The notes: generated by a model not told the origin, from the letters alone. 58,990 nucleotides of DNA, filler included, from Sphacelaria rigidula (GCA_964200075.2; 9 parts of 9 records of this genome joined end to end with filler, not necessarily neighbours in it); one strand, 5' to 3'; numbered from the whole stretch's first letter, positions 12,861-26,164 are shown. Numbers and translations are program-made.

Positions 12861-13032
12861 CCCTCTTTTCAAGCACAGTGTATGCTTTTCTAAAACCGGT
12901 CACCTCGAACTACAACTTGTCCAGGCCCCTACCCCCCCCGCGACTTGAACGTGAAACTGATTCGCCATTCCATGTGGACTATTTATAACAACAACCGCCC
13001 CCCCCCCCCCCCCCCCCTCTCTCTCCCCCTCC

Positions 13033-13132
13033 NNNNNNNNNNNNNNNNNNNNNNNNNNNNNNNNNNNNNNNNNNNNTTAATTAATTAANNNNNNNNNNNN
13101 NNNNNNNNNNNNNNNNNNNNNNNNNNNNNNNN
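13033..13132. other. Artificial contig linker (2 of 8)
   Basis: N44-TTAATTAATTAA-N44. Confidence 0.99.
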
Positions 13133-14411
13133 TGTAATCACTTCTATGGTGGTGCGTGCTGTTTTTCCTTGTTGGTTGGGGCCGCGTAGGGGGTGTGGGG
13201 GGGGGGGGGGGAAGGGGGGTGTAGGAAAATAAAAGTTAATCTAACCAGTTGTATATGTTCGTTATGTTCTCCAGAAGCTAAAATGCAGCCGCTTGAAAAG
13301 CTTTTCATGCTGCTTCTATGATTGTTTCCCGTAGATTTGTAGTATTTTCAATCAGGCTGAGCGAGGGATGGGGGGGAGGGGGTGTCTGCCTGGACTGTGA
13401 TATCTTGCACCCCTTGGATGTACATACATTATGATTAAAACTCCAAGCGTTTGCTCCTTGCGTTTTTTTTTTCTTCACTTGTGTGTGTGCATCACGAGGT
13501 GGGTTTTGATTGCCAAATGTTATTTTCCTTTGTTCTTTCGAAGCGCCATAAGGCGAGTGCCCATCAGCCGCACGGCATGGAGTTTACAACGGGTCCGCAA
13601 GAATATTGATAGATAATTAAAAGGGTGATATCGTAACTTGGGTCGCAAATAATAGGCGATCGTAGGCTCACGCGGTGGTTTAGGGTCAGCTTCGTGCAGT
13701 CCTGGTGTGCAGTGCTTTCTTCGGGTTGAGCTAATGGTGTACTAACGTCAGTTTGCTTTTCAGGAGAAGAAAAAAGGGAGGGGGGTGGGGACAAGAATGA
13801 AGGATGACGAATTCATTCTTCCCAGGAGGGGTAGAACCGGGAGGGAGAGGAAAGCCGTTTGGCATAAATTTGCGGTGTTGCAGGCACGAAAATGGTGTGG
13901 TGCAAAAAAGCGCGTGCATGGTCGTGAGCGGTGTGAGCTGCAGATGAGTGTGTGCCAGAAAGGTGCTAACAGTACACAACGAGAGCGCACATTTTTTCCC
14001 TCATGAGTTCTCGAGGGAAAAAACAATACACATGGTGTTCAATTCTTGGGACCGTGCGCTGCGGTGCATCCATGCTATTCTCGTTTATCCGCACTCAACA
14101 TTGCCATAGAAGACCAATAAGACATGCGACCACGGCAGGACCCATGGGTGGTAACTGAATGTGCGACAATCAATCGAAACGCGTTCGAACAGCCTCGCAC
14201 ACCATTTAATCGCTACGCCTACTGTACTAACGCTGAAGAACAAAGACATCACAAACAAAATCTTACCAAAACGCGAAACACCCACGCGCATATAATCCTC
14301 TCAAATATTCACAGTAATTATGATCGTTTCTTCAAATAAAAACACAAAAGCCGTAGTTTATACAATGTTCGCAAGGCCTATACTGCCCCACCCCTTCCCC
14401 GCCGACAAGCA

Positions 14412-15218
14412 TCAGTCGTACTGTTGCCTCATAGTCATCTCCAAGTCGCTCTTCCACACCCGAAAATCTGACCCTATCCCGGACTGCCCCTTTAACCGCT
14501 GCCCTTTAACCTTTTCCTTGGCCGATATCTTGTCACCCGCGGCGCCCTTCTTCCCCTTCTCAGGGGGCGGCCCCGTTGGCCCCACTCCACCCCCTCTAGG
14601 TTTCTTAATGTCGGCAGGTAAACCCGTCCCTACCCCCACCCCCACCCCGATATCTCGCCCCCTTTTTTCGCTGGCGGTGATAGATCTATCAGCGTTGGAT
14701 GATGACATTGGTGATGGTTTTGATTTGGTTTTCTTCTTCATGGCCTTTACAACAAATTCTTGCCCTGCGCTGGGCGCCGACAAGAAGTCCGGTCCGGCCG
14801 TGCTGCTGAACAGGTCATCCACTGACGGCAACGCAAGTACACCCGTGGAGGTTTGCTTGCGGCTGCCTGCTGTTGCTGTGCCAGTTTGGCCCTCATCTTC
14901 TCCTTCCTCTTCTTCTGAAGATTCTTCTTCGGATGACTCATCTTCTCCCTCGTTGTCTTTGCTTTTTTGTTGTTCTCTGCTATTCGCGCTCGCATCCTCC
15001 TCGAGTGACTCTTCCGCCGTATCCGCCACCGCCGCAGTCATCGTCTCCTTTTTCCCGGTTTCACCGTTCCCCTTGCCTACTTCAACCTGACCTGCCCCTC
15101 CCTCTTTTGGTGTTGTTTCTGTTTTTTCAGTGTGCGACTTCTTCTCGGTGGAATCATCACTGTCTGAACCACTCTCGCTCCCGTATCCTCCCACCAGACT
15201 TGTCAGCCCGGATGCCAT
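14412..15218 (-). CDS. Complete intronless gene, 268 aa, conserved uncharacterised eukaryotic protein (C1orf52/UPF0690-like)
   Basis: ATG in AAAACCATGG context at 15218. N-terminal SLVGGYGSESGSDSD, acidic low-complexity middle, LPSVDDLFSSTAGPDFL motif and C-terminal KEKVKGQRLKGQSGIGSDFRVWKSDLEMTMRQQYD, resembling the plant/algal KRxKGQS..WKSExEMxLRQQFD tail. Family name from recall, not from a search. Confidence 0.88.
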   Translation of the reverse strand: MASGLTSLVGGYGSESGSDSDDSTEKKSHTEKTETTPKEGGAGQVEVGKGNGETGKKETMTAAVADTAEESLEEDASANSREQQKSKDNEGEDESSEEESSEEEEGEDEGQTGTATAGSRKQTSTGVLALPSVDDLFSSTAGPDFLSAPSAGQEFVVKAMKKKTKSKPSPMSSSNADRSITASEKRGRDIGVGVGVGTGLPADIKKPRGGGVGPTGPPPEKGKKGAAGDKISAKEKVKGQRLKGQSGIGSDFRVWKSDLEMTMRQQYD

Positions 15219-16672
15219 GGTTTTCAATCAATAACGTCGAAAGCTAGTGTATCTGCGTGCGGTATAGAGTAGATGGCCAAGGGGGGTGAGGACATGGGGG
15301 TGGCAGCCATGAGGTCAAGGATATTCTTTTTTGACTGCACCTGACTGTTTGACCGTGTCGGTATGAGCCTGCTCTCGGAACATCAGGTGAGACAACAGCC
15401 CCACCGACGAACAGGGGACTCGGGAGAGGGGGGGGGCGTACTCATTTGTTGCTTGCCTTAGTCATTTGACCATTGACCACGCATCCCTTTCGAGTCGGGA
15501 GAGGGGGGGGGGGGACTCATCGTCTTGCATGCCGTAGTCATATATATGACCATTGGCCTCGTATCCCTACAAAGCCGGGTAGGATCACGAGGGGTTTCGC
15601 CGGACGAGGAACAGGGGGCTTGGAGGGCAGGCACAATCGATGGCAGTGGAACAGCCCACCAAAAAAAGCGGAGTAACCGAAGGTCAATGAAAGCGCATCA
15701 TTAAGTTGTCGTACAAATGGATACATATAGACCTTCCCGCAGCACACGGGAATTACATCACACGCGAGAATGGAGCCTGCGGTACAGCTTCACTCGCTTT
15801 ACCTGGTCGTGCTTCTCACGAAACTGCACGATAGGGTACTGTTGTCAATGATGAATACTGCCCATAGCATGTTGCGCACAGGAGGGGGTCTCATGTCGTA
15901 CGCTTCAATTGCTGACACCACGACGGGCAATACCGATTGTTGCCATCAATCGATCATTAATAGTCCCACAAGTTTTTTCGGGACGGAGGAGGGGGGGCAA
16001 GGGGGAAAATGAGGGCAGGGAAGATACACGAATCGACGTTTGCAAAACTAAAAAAAAACTACCAATTTCTCAAAGCGCAGGTGAAGATGGAAGTCAGGTG
16101 GACGCGGGCGCACACAGGACTGTCTCAAAAACTGTCAGCTTCAGCCAATATGCTTGCATTAACCTCATGCCATGGTTGAGGGGGTGGTGCCGCACCCCGG
16201 CCGGTACAAGTTCTGTTGTGTCTGCTGCTGGCACAGCATCAACATGATGGGCTGCATCCGCTACACCTCTATCCCCTGCAAAAGGCTACTGTTGATGCGC
16301 ATTTCTTGTTGATATGTTGACCGAGCATATGTAGCCGTTGTCTCTCCGCCGAAAGGAACTGCTCCGACTCCCCCAACAAGACCGTCCAGTGTAGAACTGG
16401 AGACGCGCGCGCTCAAGGGATGATCTAACTCTACGGTTGTGCGCAGTCGATGAACAAGCAGAATCGCACGTGCTATTTTTGGCTCCAAAAATCACGACAA
16501 CAAGCACAGAAGTGAAATTGGCGGCGGCTCTCGTACATGCACTATTTTTGTATGCAAGTATACCCCAAACAGCTCCTTATCCGGGCAGACGGGGGTGTTT
16601 TGCTCGAGCAATTCGGCCCATTTTGATGTTAGTGTCTATCTCAACTGTACGCATGATGGAGGTCGGTTCACC

Positions 16673-16974
16673 GGCGTTGGGCTACGATATGCCAATGGTT
16701 GACACAGTTTACAACTATCGCTACAGTGCCCCTAACCCTAACCCAACCCAAGGCATACCGAGAACCCTCGGGAAAGGGAGGCACACAGGGGTTCCGTAGG
16801 CAAGATGCGGCCTTGGTAGACTCCAAATGGGCGCCTGTAGCGCCGATTCGAACGAAAACGCGTTCTGCGCCCGCGAGGAGCACACGGGACTGTCAGACTC
16901 ACTAAAGATCCAATTCTCGTCGTTCACACTCAAATCATGTATCATCAACCATGAACATGTGGTAGCCCAACGCC
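16673..16974. mobile_element. ~300-bp TIR-bounded non-autonomous element with an internal CCCTAA tract
   Basis: ggcgttgggctacgatatgccaatggttga ... tcaaccatgaacatgtggtagcccaacgcc; interior ccctaaccctaaccc..caaggcataccgagaaccctcggg. Related interiors at ~10709-10950, 19863-20219, 33475-33690, 34400-34560 (inverted) and 49614-49670. Confidence 0.75.
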
Positions 16975-16980
16975 ACTTAA

Positions 16981-17077
16981 CCCTTAGACCGCGACATTGG
17001 TATTTCTGATCATGCATACTTTTTTTCACTTGAAATTGATGCCGATTCAACACAAGACTAACCTCGCGGTCGAAGGG
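16981..17077. mobile_element. piggyBac-type MITE, 97 bp, TTAA target duplication
   Basis: TTAA|cccttagaccgcga...tcgcggtcgaaggg|TTAA; homologues at 33927-34015, 57007-57108 and a right end at ~46095-46113. Confidence 0.88.
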
Positions 17078-17470
17078 TTAACTCTACTGCATAATGCGAC
17101 GTACCTGGGTTGCAATGTTGCCTACTTCTGCTTGCAAACGGTTTATTCAGTAGTCACCTTCACCTTCAACGTGAAGAGATCGGGTTCGAACGTAGAGAGG
17201 CGTTTGCTGGCGCGAATTTCAACTAATAATTTTATGACTGCGGGTATGTTGACCATGGCATGTACGCCGCTGACACGAGCCAAGCGTGAGAGGGACACGG
17301 GAGGGCAACAATATTTTCCAGTCAATTCGACGGAACTTCGTACTTCTACATCGTATCATGAGCATCATTTGCTGTGTACTGATCGACACTGACCTACCTT
17401 TAGTTGGCATCGTGCCCAAACTTGTATATCCTCCATGTGGGCCCAGCGATGGCAAGATGCTGTGTAACAG

Positions 17471-17559
17471 AGCAGCGTGATGACTTTGCTCGAGCAGCGA
17501 ATTAAACCCTCGGTGAAGAGGTCAGAGCGACAGCTGCTGAAAGAACCCCACGGCGCAAG
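17471..17559 (+). CDS. Possible internal exon (SSVMTLLEQRIKPSVKRSERQLLKEPHGAR), unknown product
   Basis: taacag| and AAG|gtattc boundaries with an open frame; no recognisable motif. Confidence 0.3.
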
Positions 17560-18371
17560 GTATTCAGTTCTCTCAGCTCTTGTTCTTCCGCGAGATTCCC
17601 CTTTCACTTATAGTATGTGCACCCGCAACGACTATATTTACAGTGGTGTAAAATGAAGTAGAGTGATGGCCTTAAGCCGCGCTCACCTTCATGTACGAGT
17701 TGAACGTACACAGCAGCTGTGTTTACTAACAGGAGAACACCTAGCGTAAGAGTACTATTGGAACATTTTTCGCTTGCTCGCACCTGCCTCTTCCCCTCCC
17801 TGAAGAATGAGCGGCGAAAGCCAAGACCCTAGAACTCCGAGAATAAGATCTCCCCCAAGACTTGGCAACAGCTTTTCTTGAACGATTAGGGGCCAAAGTC
17901 TGCGCTATGTCATCGGTAAGCCGCTGTAAAGTACAGACCTTGCTGCACTGCAATTTCTCACGTAGCGTACCTTTGCCATTATCCATGGGTTTTAGTGTCA
18001 CATTGTTTACCACCCCCAAATGAAGAGGGCGGTTCGCTCAACATATTCGATACAGCACGCAATCTCGAATCAGAAATATGATTAGTGCAAATAGTTTATC
18101 ATCGTAGATATTACATGGATTATTTCTGAGTCAGTTCTATCCAATATAGCGCATGAGCTTTTGTCCGATGTCTTTATTTGGCTTTTATCCTGGTCCAGAT
18201 CTTCAGTCAGCATGTAACCGTCGTGGCACGGTGAACACTAACAACGCAGCCGACCTCTTCAGCGAGCTCGCCACAGAATCGCACTAGACGGAAAAAGGGA
18301 CGAGAATGTGCAGTCGGGGGGAGTGCTCACAACCCTAGACACGATGGCAACGGCAAGGACAAGCGAGCAGC

Positions 18372-18760
18372 ATGAGCGCGATTGAGTATAATGAGCAGGG
18401 ACCCGTCCCACTGATAGCTGAAGTTGTCGGACCGCCGCCGACCTTTGTCGACGAAAGAGGATCGTCATCCGCTTCGTCTCAGTTACTGAGTGGCCCAGGC
18501 TCCACATTTGAGGAAGGAGGCGGGGAGGAAGGAGGAGAAGGGAGGGGGGCGGGGGGAGGAGGAGAAGGAGGAGGAGGAGGGGCAGAGGCACAAGGTAGAG
18601 GGGAGGGAACCCCAGATCTCAGCGTTGATACAAGTTTCTCCAACGATGGGTCATATTTTATCTTGGATGAGGGGGGGAAGCATGTCCTCGACAATCAGGG
18701 CAGCCCGGCGAGGGCTAGGAAGTGGCAACCTGCGAACGTTAACCAACGCGAGCGTTACAT
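18372..18760 (+). CDS. Probable exon of an unknown protein with a Gly/Glu-rich linker
   Basis: About 130 open codons with protein-like ends (DGSYFILDEGGKHVLDNQGSPARARKWQP) closing on a consensus donor AT|gtgagt at 18761. The 5' boundary is uncertain (ATG 18372 or acceptor at 18338). Confidence 0.5.
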
Positions 18761-19598
18761 GTGAGTAGTATGGACTTTGTTCGGGCGTGAGTCAATTGTG
18801 ATCGTGTTGCCTGCTGCTTCGCTCAATGACAGCAAGCGGTGCCAATAAGTACATCCTGTGGAAGTGCGGACTCTATTGTTCCTCTACCCGAGCATCATGC
18901 TATAGGAAAATGAACCCCTTCTGCATCAGCTCGTATCTCGGCACGCTGAAACTCAAACTCCAGCAATAAAAACAATACAATTTCATGTAATTCAGGGTCA
19001 CCCGGCAATTGTTTTTCTGTCGTCTCAGACGGTAACCGAATGGTGTTGTTCGGTAGTCATGTGACATACTCGGCCAGCCACATGGTCTGTTCACTGGGGA
19101 GGTAATACTACCTCTGGTTCATCGTTTGAAACCAATTTGACAAAACGACGCCAGCATAGCTGATGTTCTGGCGAATTTAGGGATGACTTCCGAACGATAG
19201 ACGCGGACATGTGCCTACACAAGCATTGGTTCATTGATCGATTGCCGTAGGTTAACCGATCCACCATAAATCCAGCCGTGGTCACAAGACGGGCGTGCTC
19301 AAGGTGAAATGCATGGAAACTGGAAGGTCGACATGATGAGGAAAGTCAAGAAAGGGGGATGAGAAAAACAGAGTAAGCTGAAAAGATAAGAGTGAAAAGA
19401 AGGAACTCCCCGAGAAAGACGTCAGGTTACGACCTCGCACAGTTCCCGAGAAAAACCCGACAGGCGCCTGCAAGGATTGACACTTTCTACGATAGCCCCC
19501 CCCAAAACCATTTAAAAGTGTCACGAAAACAATGGCCATACAGCGCCTGATTTTCGGGTTCAGGCTGCATAAAGCGCCTCATATTGGCGACATTGGCT

Positions 19599-19698
19599 NN
19601 NNNNNNNNNNNNNNNNNNNNNNNNNNNNNNNNNNNNNNNNNNTTAATTAATTAANNNNNNNNNNNNNNNNNNNNNNNNNNNNNNNNNNNNNNNNNNNN
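19599..19698. other. Artificial contig linker (3 of 8)
   Basis: N44-TTAATTAATTAA-N44. Confidence 0.99.
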
Positions 19699-20544
19699 TT
19701 TTTTCAGAGATCCCCGCCTGGGGTCCCTTCCGTCTGTGACGTTTACACCCAAACAAATAAAAGAAAAATCACGAACCCCCCCCCCCCCCCCCCGCAAAAT
19801 ATAGACAGAAACGCATGTAATGACCAGCAAACAAAAGCACAGTGCATATGCACGCCAACAATGCCCCGCGGAGGCGACCTAAAGCTTTGTACGTATATCT
19901 ATGGTTGATTTTTTCGAACAAACTAAGAATAATGCTCACCCTAAAACCCTAACCCCGACCCAAGGCGTACAAGACCCTCGGGCGAGGGGGGTGCATGGGT
20001 TCCCCTTGGCAAGGGGTGCGTCGGCAAACCTGAAATCAGCGCCGCAGGCGCCGATTTCGAGAAAAACACATTCTGGACGAGCTGGGTCCACTGCTCACCT
20101 GCCCCAAACCATATTTTTTTTCACAACGTTCTCAATTAAAAAAATCAAGTAGTCATGTTGCCAACTATATATATATATATATATATGACCAAAGCTTTAG
20201 GTCTACTGCCGCCGGGGCGTACATGAAAAGCCCGTAGTATTTCCGGTTCTCCCGTCTGAAACTAATTCCAACGACCAAAGCAGAACGTTCCCCTGTTTCT
20301 TTCTAAGGTTGTGCCGTGATAAATAGGGTTCGGTTGATGTAAAAGATGTAAGAAGCTATTTAATCTTATATCGACCACATACAGCCTCTGGCTAAGATCG
20401 GGTTAATGCCGAAGGCAACGGTTCCTCTGGGAAGGCATGATCTGGCGCGTGTGCACTTCACTGCCCAAGCTTTGCCTCCATCCGTCTGCCTTGACGGGTG
20501 CGCCAAAAATAACACGCTTTTATCCCTTTGAACCGCGAGGAACA

Positions 20545-20765
20545 AGGTTTTCGTGAGATTGAGAGTAGAGGCTACGATTGAGAGTAGAAAGCGGTCAATA
20601 AGTGAGTGCCTCGTTTCCGTTCCGAAAAGCCCCCCCACGAGCCCTGATATGCTTTCTGTAGTAGCTTGTCACCGAGACCCTTGATATCTCTGAGTAGGAT
20701 ATCGACGTACAGCTGTAAGCACACGCCAGTGATGGAGGCGAAGAAAAGCACACACGGAATGAAAC
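20545..20765 (-). repeat. Dispersed repeat, reverse complement of ~41180-41395
   Basis: Shared ggcgtgtgcttacagct..acgtcgatatcctactcag.gatatcaaggg and ctctactct.aatctcacgaaaac in contigs 4 and 7. Confidence 0.85.
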
Positions 20766-23700
20766 ATTGGCTGTGTTGAAGCGAATGATCAAAGCCACTC
20801 TCAATCAGCGCTTTAATCTCAGTCGAAAACGTCACTCACTGTATGTTTCTTGTTAGACTTGTAAAATGTGAACGATTGGTACGGCTTCTTGTATGTCGAG
20901 CCAGAGTCATACCTGTGTACACCGAGAATCGAATTATCACAAGCCAAGTGTGCGGGAATCGGATTCCCCGTCCCCCGCCAGGTATGAAAAAATAACGACA
21001 GAGTTTTTGCAAGCGCATGTAACACTGACAGGGGCACAGAGTTTCTTCTCCATGAAGATCCGCGTTTTTCCACCTGCAAACCGTTTCATGCGCATTGTTT
21101 TCTAATGAGAACCTTAGCTTGTCGATTTCTGTTCCGTTCTCCCCGGACTGCCTCGTGCCAATCCCAGCAAAGTGTGGTATTGCTGTTCGACGGTATTTTC
21201 GCACGTTTGACCGAACCCGAAGCGGCCACCTTCCCTCAGGTCTTAGAGTCCTTTACATTGTGTGGAAGTAGTTGAGAAAATCGAACTGTTTACTTTTTTC
21301 AGCTGTCGCGAAATTCGGTGCACGCTTGTTGTTACGGGGACTTCTGTGCAGGCAACAGTCAGGACAGTCGAGCAACGAAAGCTAGCTAAGATCGGGTTTG
21401 CCTGCCGTACTCCCGACAGCATTGCTTGAAAGCCGAAAGACCTTTGCGGTCGGCGGTTGATGGCGTGGATTTCAAATGCAACGACAAGTGGTTGATCACA
21501 GAGCACTCTTGTTCCTCGTGGATTTCTCGTCCCAGCTCGTAATGCATGACCTCCTCACATCGGAATTGATTCTGTCTGAGAGCTACTATACCGAGGTGTT
21601 CACACAGCCTGTGTGTGCTCCAGATTGCAGCATGGACGCACTCCGATGCGTCACACTAGCAACAGTCAGGTCACCACCATAGGTATATTTTTTCACTCCG
21701 CATGTCAAGAAGGTCTCCACAAGTGTTTGATCTCCCATACACCCCCCCAACTGTCGTGTCGCACGCTCGTGTCGTCGTGCACCCGGAGGGTCACATGTCG
21801 AGTATAATCAACGATGAATAACACCCCTCAAGTTCAAATTGGATCTGTTATTGCGGCAGCACCGTCCTCGCTGGCATGTGTGTGACAAGACAACAGTAGC
21901 GGTGACGGAAACATCGCCCTGTTTTTCAACGATGTGTTCTGCAGCGCACAGAGGCGCATCCTGTCCAAAAAAGGAGGCAGAGAGAAATCGATCTTTGCAT
22001 TGGTGAACTCCACAGACAAGAAGAGACGAGATCCCTCCGCACCTCGGCGTTCTTCGAGGGGCTGTGCAGCAAAAATATAACATACCCATCGGCACATGAG
22101 AAATTCGGTATATGCTGATAACATGCATGGCCAGTCTCTCGAGCGATTGGTAATCGCCGAGCGAGGACACACGAAGGACACGGGCAAGGAGCTTCCTCTC
22201 TGCATGCTCCTCTCTCTGGTGATATCGTCATCGACACGCGTGTACACCGCATTCGTTCGGTGCACCTAGCCACAACTGCATAACTGCTGCAGACATTTGG
22301 GGGGAAGGATGGTTTCGCTCCGTGTAACTGTTCCGCGTCATCCCTGCTAGACTGATATCCCACTTGAACCTCATTTTAGAGATCAATCCCAGAAATTAGG
22401 ATCCGCTGTTGAATATATTGCTCACTGCAGTGTTCTGTCTTATGACATCAACGGCAATATCCCCTCACACATGAACACGCAACTACCTGAGGCAATAGCT
22501 GGTCTCAGCTTTTGTGGAATAAGGTGGAAACATTTACCGCAAAATGTGCATACATAGCTAGTGACCGACGCCATTCAGCTACTTTTGCGGTCAGTAACAG
22601 ATTCTGATGGCCGTGATTCAGATTGTATTGCGACCAGCGATGTACATTGATGGCCACGACTCAGATAATATTACGACCCTCAATAGACATTGGTGGGCAC
22701 AATTCAGATCCTATTGTGGCCAACAATATGTATTGGTACCCGCGTGGTAGATCCTGTTGTGATTAGAATTGTGCAGATTATGTGTTGGACACAGACATCA
22801 TACATCGTTTCTGAGGCATGTAGTCAACCAGCCTGGTAGGAGCCAGTGCGGTTCAGTACGAAGTAGAAACAGGAACGGTCCGGGAACCAGTACTGTAGCC
22901 AGTACTCAGTCTAGCCAGAACGGCTCCGCGGCTCTATATTGTAAGCTCTATAGTTGGGGTTTAGGGCTGAGATTCAGAGAGCGAAGGTTCAGATAGAGCT
23001 GTACACCAGCGGGTGACGTCTGAATGAATAACGAAAAGCACGGCGATGCAGCGCTCCCCTCGGGTACGTCGTCTGCTGAACCCATCAAGATCTCTTGTGA
23101 CAATAGCCTTGCTCCGCTATCAAACGGTGCACTGCGAGGAAGCGCGCTACGGCCACACCAAACAACACCTCACAAGTGAACAAGAATTAGACATTGGTTG
23201 CCGCACTTCAGAGCCTATTGCAACGAATAAAATGTATCGATAGACAACTTGACCCCTCCATTGTCACGGCAATGCTACACTCTTTGCCTCGTCCTGAATC
23301 TCTTGTCGCCTACAATAGCTATCGATAGACGTTGATGCCAGTCTATTATGACTGACGATGAACATTGACAGTCAAACTCCGGGGGCTTCTGCAGCGGCAA
23401 TGTTCTATTACATGGTCTATTGTCCAGGGTGTAAGCACATCCTACCCTCACACCAAAGTACTGTAAGCGCTCGTGTCCATCAGAGGGACAACTGTAAGTA
23501 CCAACACCGCACCAACAACAAAACTTGCAAACGTGTGCACGATTAGGACGAATAAAATCGTGATTCAACTCATAGAATCATTCCTACGAGTAAACCATAC
23601 TATTCGTACATCATTTGTAGTTTATTCAGCTTTTCAGCTCGTGAGTCATGCAGTACATGTCAAAAGTACCCGTTTCCTACCTTCCGCCAATACGGGGGTA

Positions 23701-24090
23701 AATAATGGGCACATATTCATCTCCTGCACTGCCATTTAGATGAATCGATTGTACATGCCACGCACCCCTGACCATCATGAGGAGGGAATGTCATGTACAA
23801 ACTTGCTTGACTGAGTCGTTCGAGGTGAGCGCCCGTATATTCCCCCCCCCCCCTTCGGGTTAATGCGAGACCAACAATTTATACAGGTTGAAAGTTGTCG
23901 TTTCATGGGCCCTGAATCACGCATACTTTTCTCCCATCTGAAATGCGCGCAAGATGCCTGCACTGCATATAAATGTGTTATCCACCCTCGACTCAGCGCG
24001 ACCAACAATTTTTAAAGGTTCAACCTTGTCATTTGATGAGGAATCAACTCGTATGAACTCTGATTCATCCTAACCGTGAACGTTTGTCCA

Positions 24091-24430
24091 CACATATTGC
24101 AGATTCCTACACAATACAAGCGTTCCAAAATTGTAGAAGAGTGACGTCATATTTTCACAAGTAGTAGCATTATATACCCACTGCATGTCCATCTGCGACT
24201 CCTCTACCGTACTTCAATTAAGGGAGTATAATATGCTCTCCACGTAGTATGTTGCAATGTAGGTGTGTCAAAAGACGACAGAGAAAATCTATCGGTAGGC
24301 GTTGTATATCACGGTAGATTCTGGTATGTGTCTATCGGCAGTCATTGCCGCCATGCGTAGGTTTTGCAATCTATCAATAGCGATTGCCGTCATCAATAGA
24401 TTTGGTATACAATCTGTCACTAGCCATCAA
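24091..24430 (+). mobile_element. Internal fragment of the CACACCCTGGACAATA-terminated transposon family
   Basis: Colinear with 39399-39735; family right ends (..ctattgtccagggtgt) at ~23432, 32943 and 40026. Confidence 0.8.
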
Positions 24431-26164
24431 TGTCATCATAATACAGTGTTATTCCTTTTCAATGTTATGGAGGCAATGTCCAGAACTTTAATTTATCATC
24501 TACGGCAATACTTGTAGACAGTCATGCTCCAAGACTTGAAAACATCGTGGCCTGAAGAGGCACAGACGTCCATGGAGGAGAGGTCTCGACATCAGCACGG
24601 AGAACTGGCGGCATAGATCAGCTCAGAAGCATATCTCGACGGGGTGCGCAAGCAGGTATGTCGCTGCGTAGATGGGAATCATTTGTTGTCGGGCATGGAA
24701 TTGCGCGAGCACGAGCACGATGACTCCGTGCTTTGATGGCCTGTGGTCCGCCCCTGCACCGTATTTACGGTCTGGTGCAGCGTAGGCGTCGTGTGGCAAG
24801 GAGTGGGCGCATATAAAGGGAGAAGCGTGTTCGCTGCGGTGGGGCGCACTGTATAATACCATGGGACATGACGCCATGCTATAGTCATATGCGCCCACAA
24901 TGCGGTACTGATTTGCCCGTGAGTAAGTACTGCGCGGTGACAACGGCCCGGAGTCGAGAGGTCTCTGTCGTGTGTCGCAAGACTGCTCCGTGATTATTAG
25001 GTATACTGAAGTGAGTACAGTACAGTACAGACTGTCTGTACTGAAGTGTTCCTGGATGCATATTGGTAGACGATACCACCTCCTCATAGCATGTGCGGTT
25101 GTGCTCATGTGACCGAGCACATGACAACGCAAATCGTACGCCGCAACTTCTTGCACGGCCCGTGCTGTAGTGAAGACACCGGCCCTTATTCCGCAATTTG
25201 TGTTTCACGTCCAAAGGTTTTGTGCAACACGGCCTCTCGCGAGGAGCAGAGTCGGCAACATGCAGCGTGTTGTCGAGTGATCTTCAAGGACATGAGGACG
25301 TTGTCCCATCGCATGCGCGTGATTGCGGCAACAGCGAGTTCCACACGAATAGATGCTGTTAGATTATAATGTGCGATCATATCGCCGCGCGGGGTGATCG
25401 CGTTACCGTGAGCGACGGTCTGTCGCTCAAACGGGGTTGCCCCTGCAGAACAGAATCTGAGAATTGTCTTGGGTCTGACGGTGGATAACACCCCCTCCTT
25501 GAACATTCAGTAGCTATGATCGCCGGGGTCTGCGCCCTGACAAGACGGATGGGAAGAAGGTCGCTCCTGGTGGAAAACACAACAAAGTTCCTGTAACACT
25601 GCGTATTTTGGCCCTTTCCCGTCGTTTCGCGTTGTACGGAGGGAATCAAAGAGAGTTTGACACATCGAAAGGACTTGCTCTATTCGTCGAGGCAGGTGGA
25701 CGACATATCTGTGTTTTCCGGCGGCCGCAGGTTTTGACCAAACATTTTTTTTTCTCCACAAACGGCCAAGTACAGATAAGGATCACCGTTTATTTTGATA
25801 TTCCACCGTTTTTCACCGTTCTTGGACAATATAGCGTGTTTGGCCACAAAATAATTGCGGCGGCCGGGAAACGCGTCGGTCAGCTGGGACGGGTTCGACT
25901 ACTGCCGTTGCGGCCCGAAATTAACAAAACATTACTGAGGAAAATAGGCTGGGCCTTTCACGGAAAGTAAGGAAAATGGACTAAGAAACACACCTCCAAC
26001 TGGGCACCAGGATAAGAAACATGAAAATAACAAACAGCGCGGATCAAAGCCTATAATAGGGATAAGAAAGACAAAATTTGGTGACTGGGGAGCCCCTTCC
26101 AAGGTAAGAAACGTACCCTCTATATGTCGACCCCCCCCTCCCGTGCTCCGTCTCTAAAGGGATG

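Noticed and set aside
14320..15090. 256-aa plus-strand ORF
   Set aside because: Antisense shadow of the real minus-strand gene.
21500..22360. Overlapping minus-strand ORFs of 120-145 aa
   Set aside because: No recognisable domain or consistent splice signals; may be old TE coding sequence.
24517..25696. Possible decayed spliced transposase (VPVTLRILALSRRFALYGG, weakly Harbinger-like)
   Set aside because: In-frame stops and no catalytic motif; cannot be supported without a translated search.
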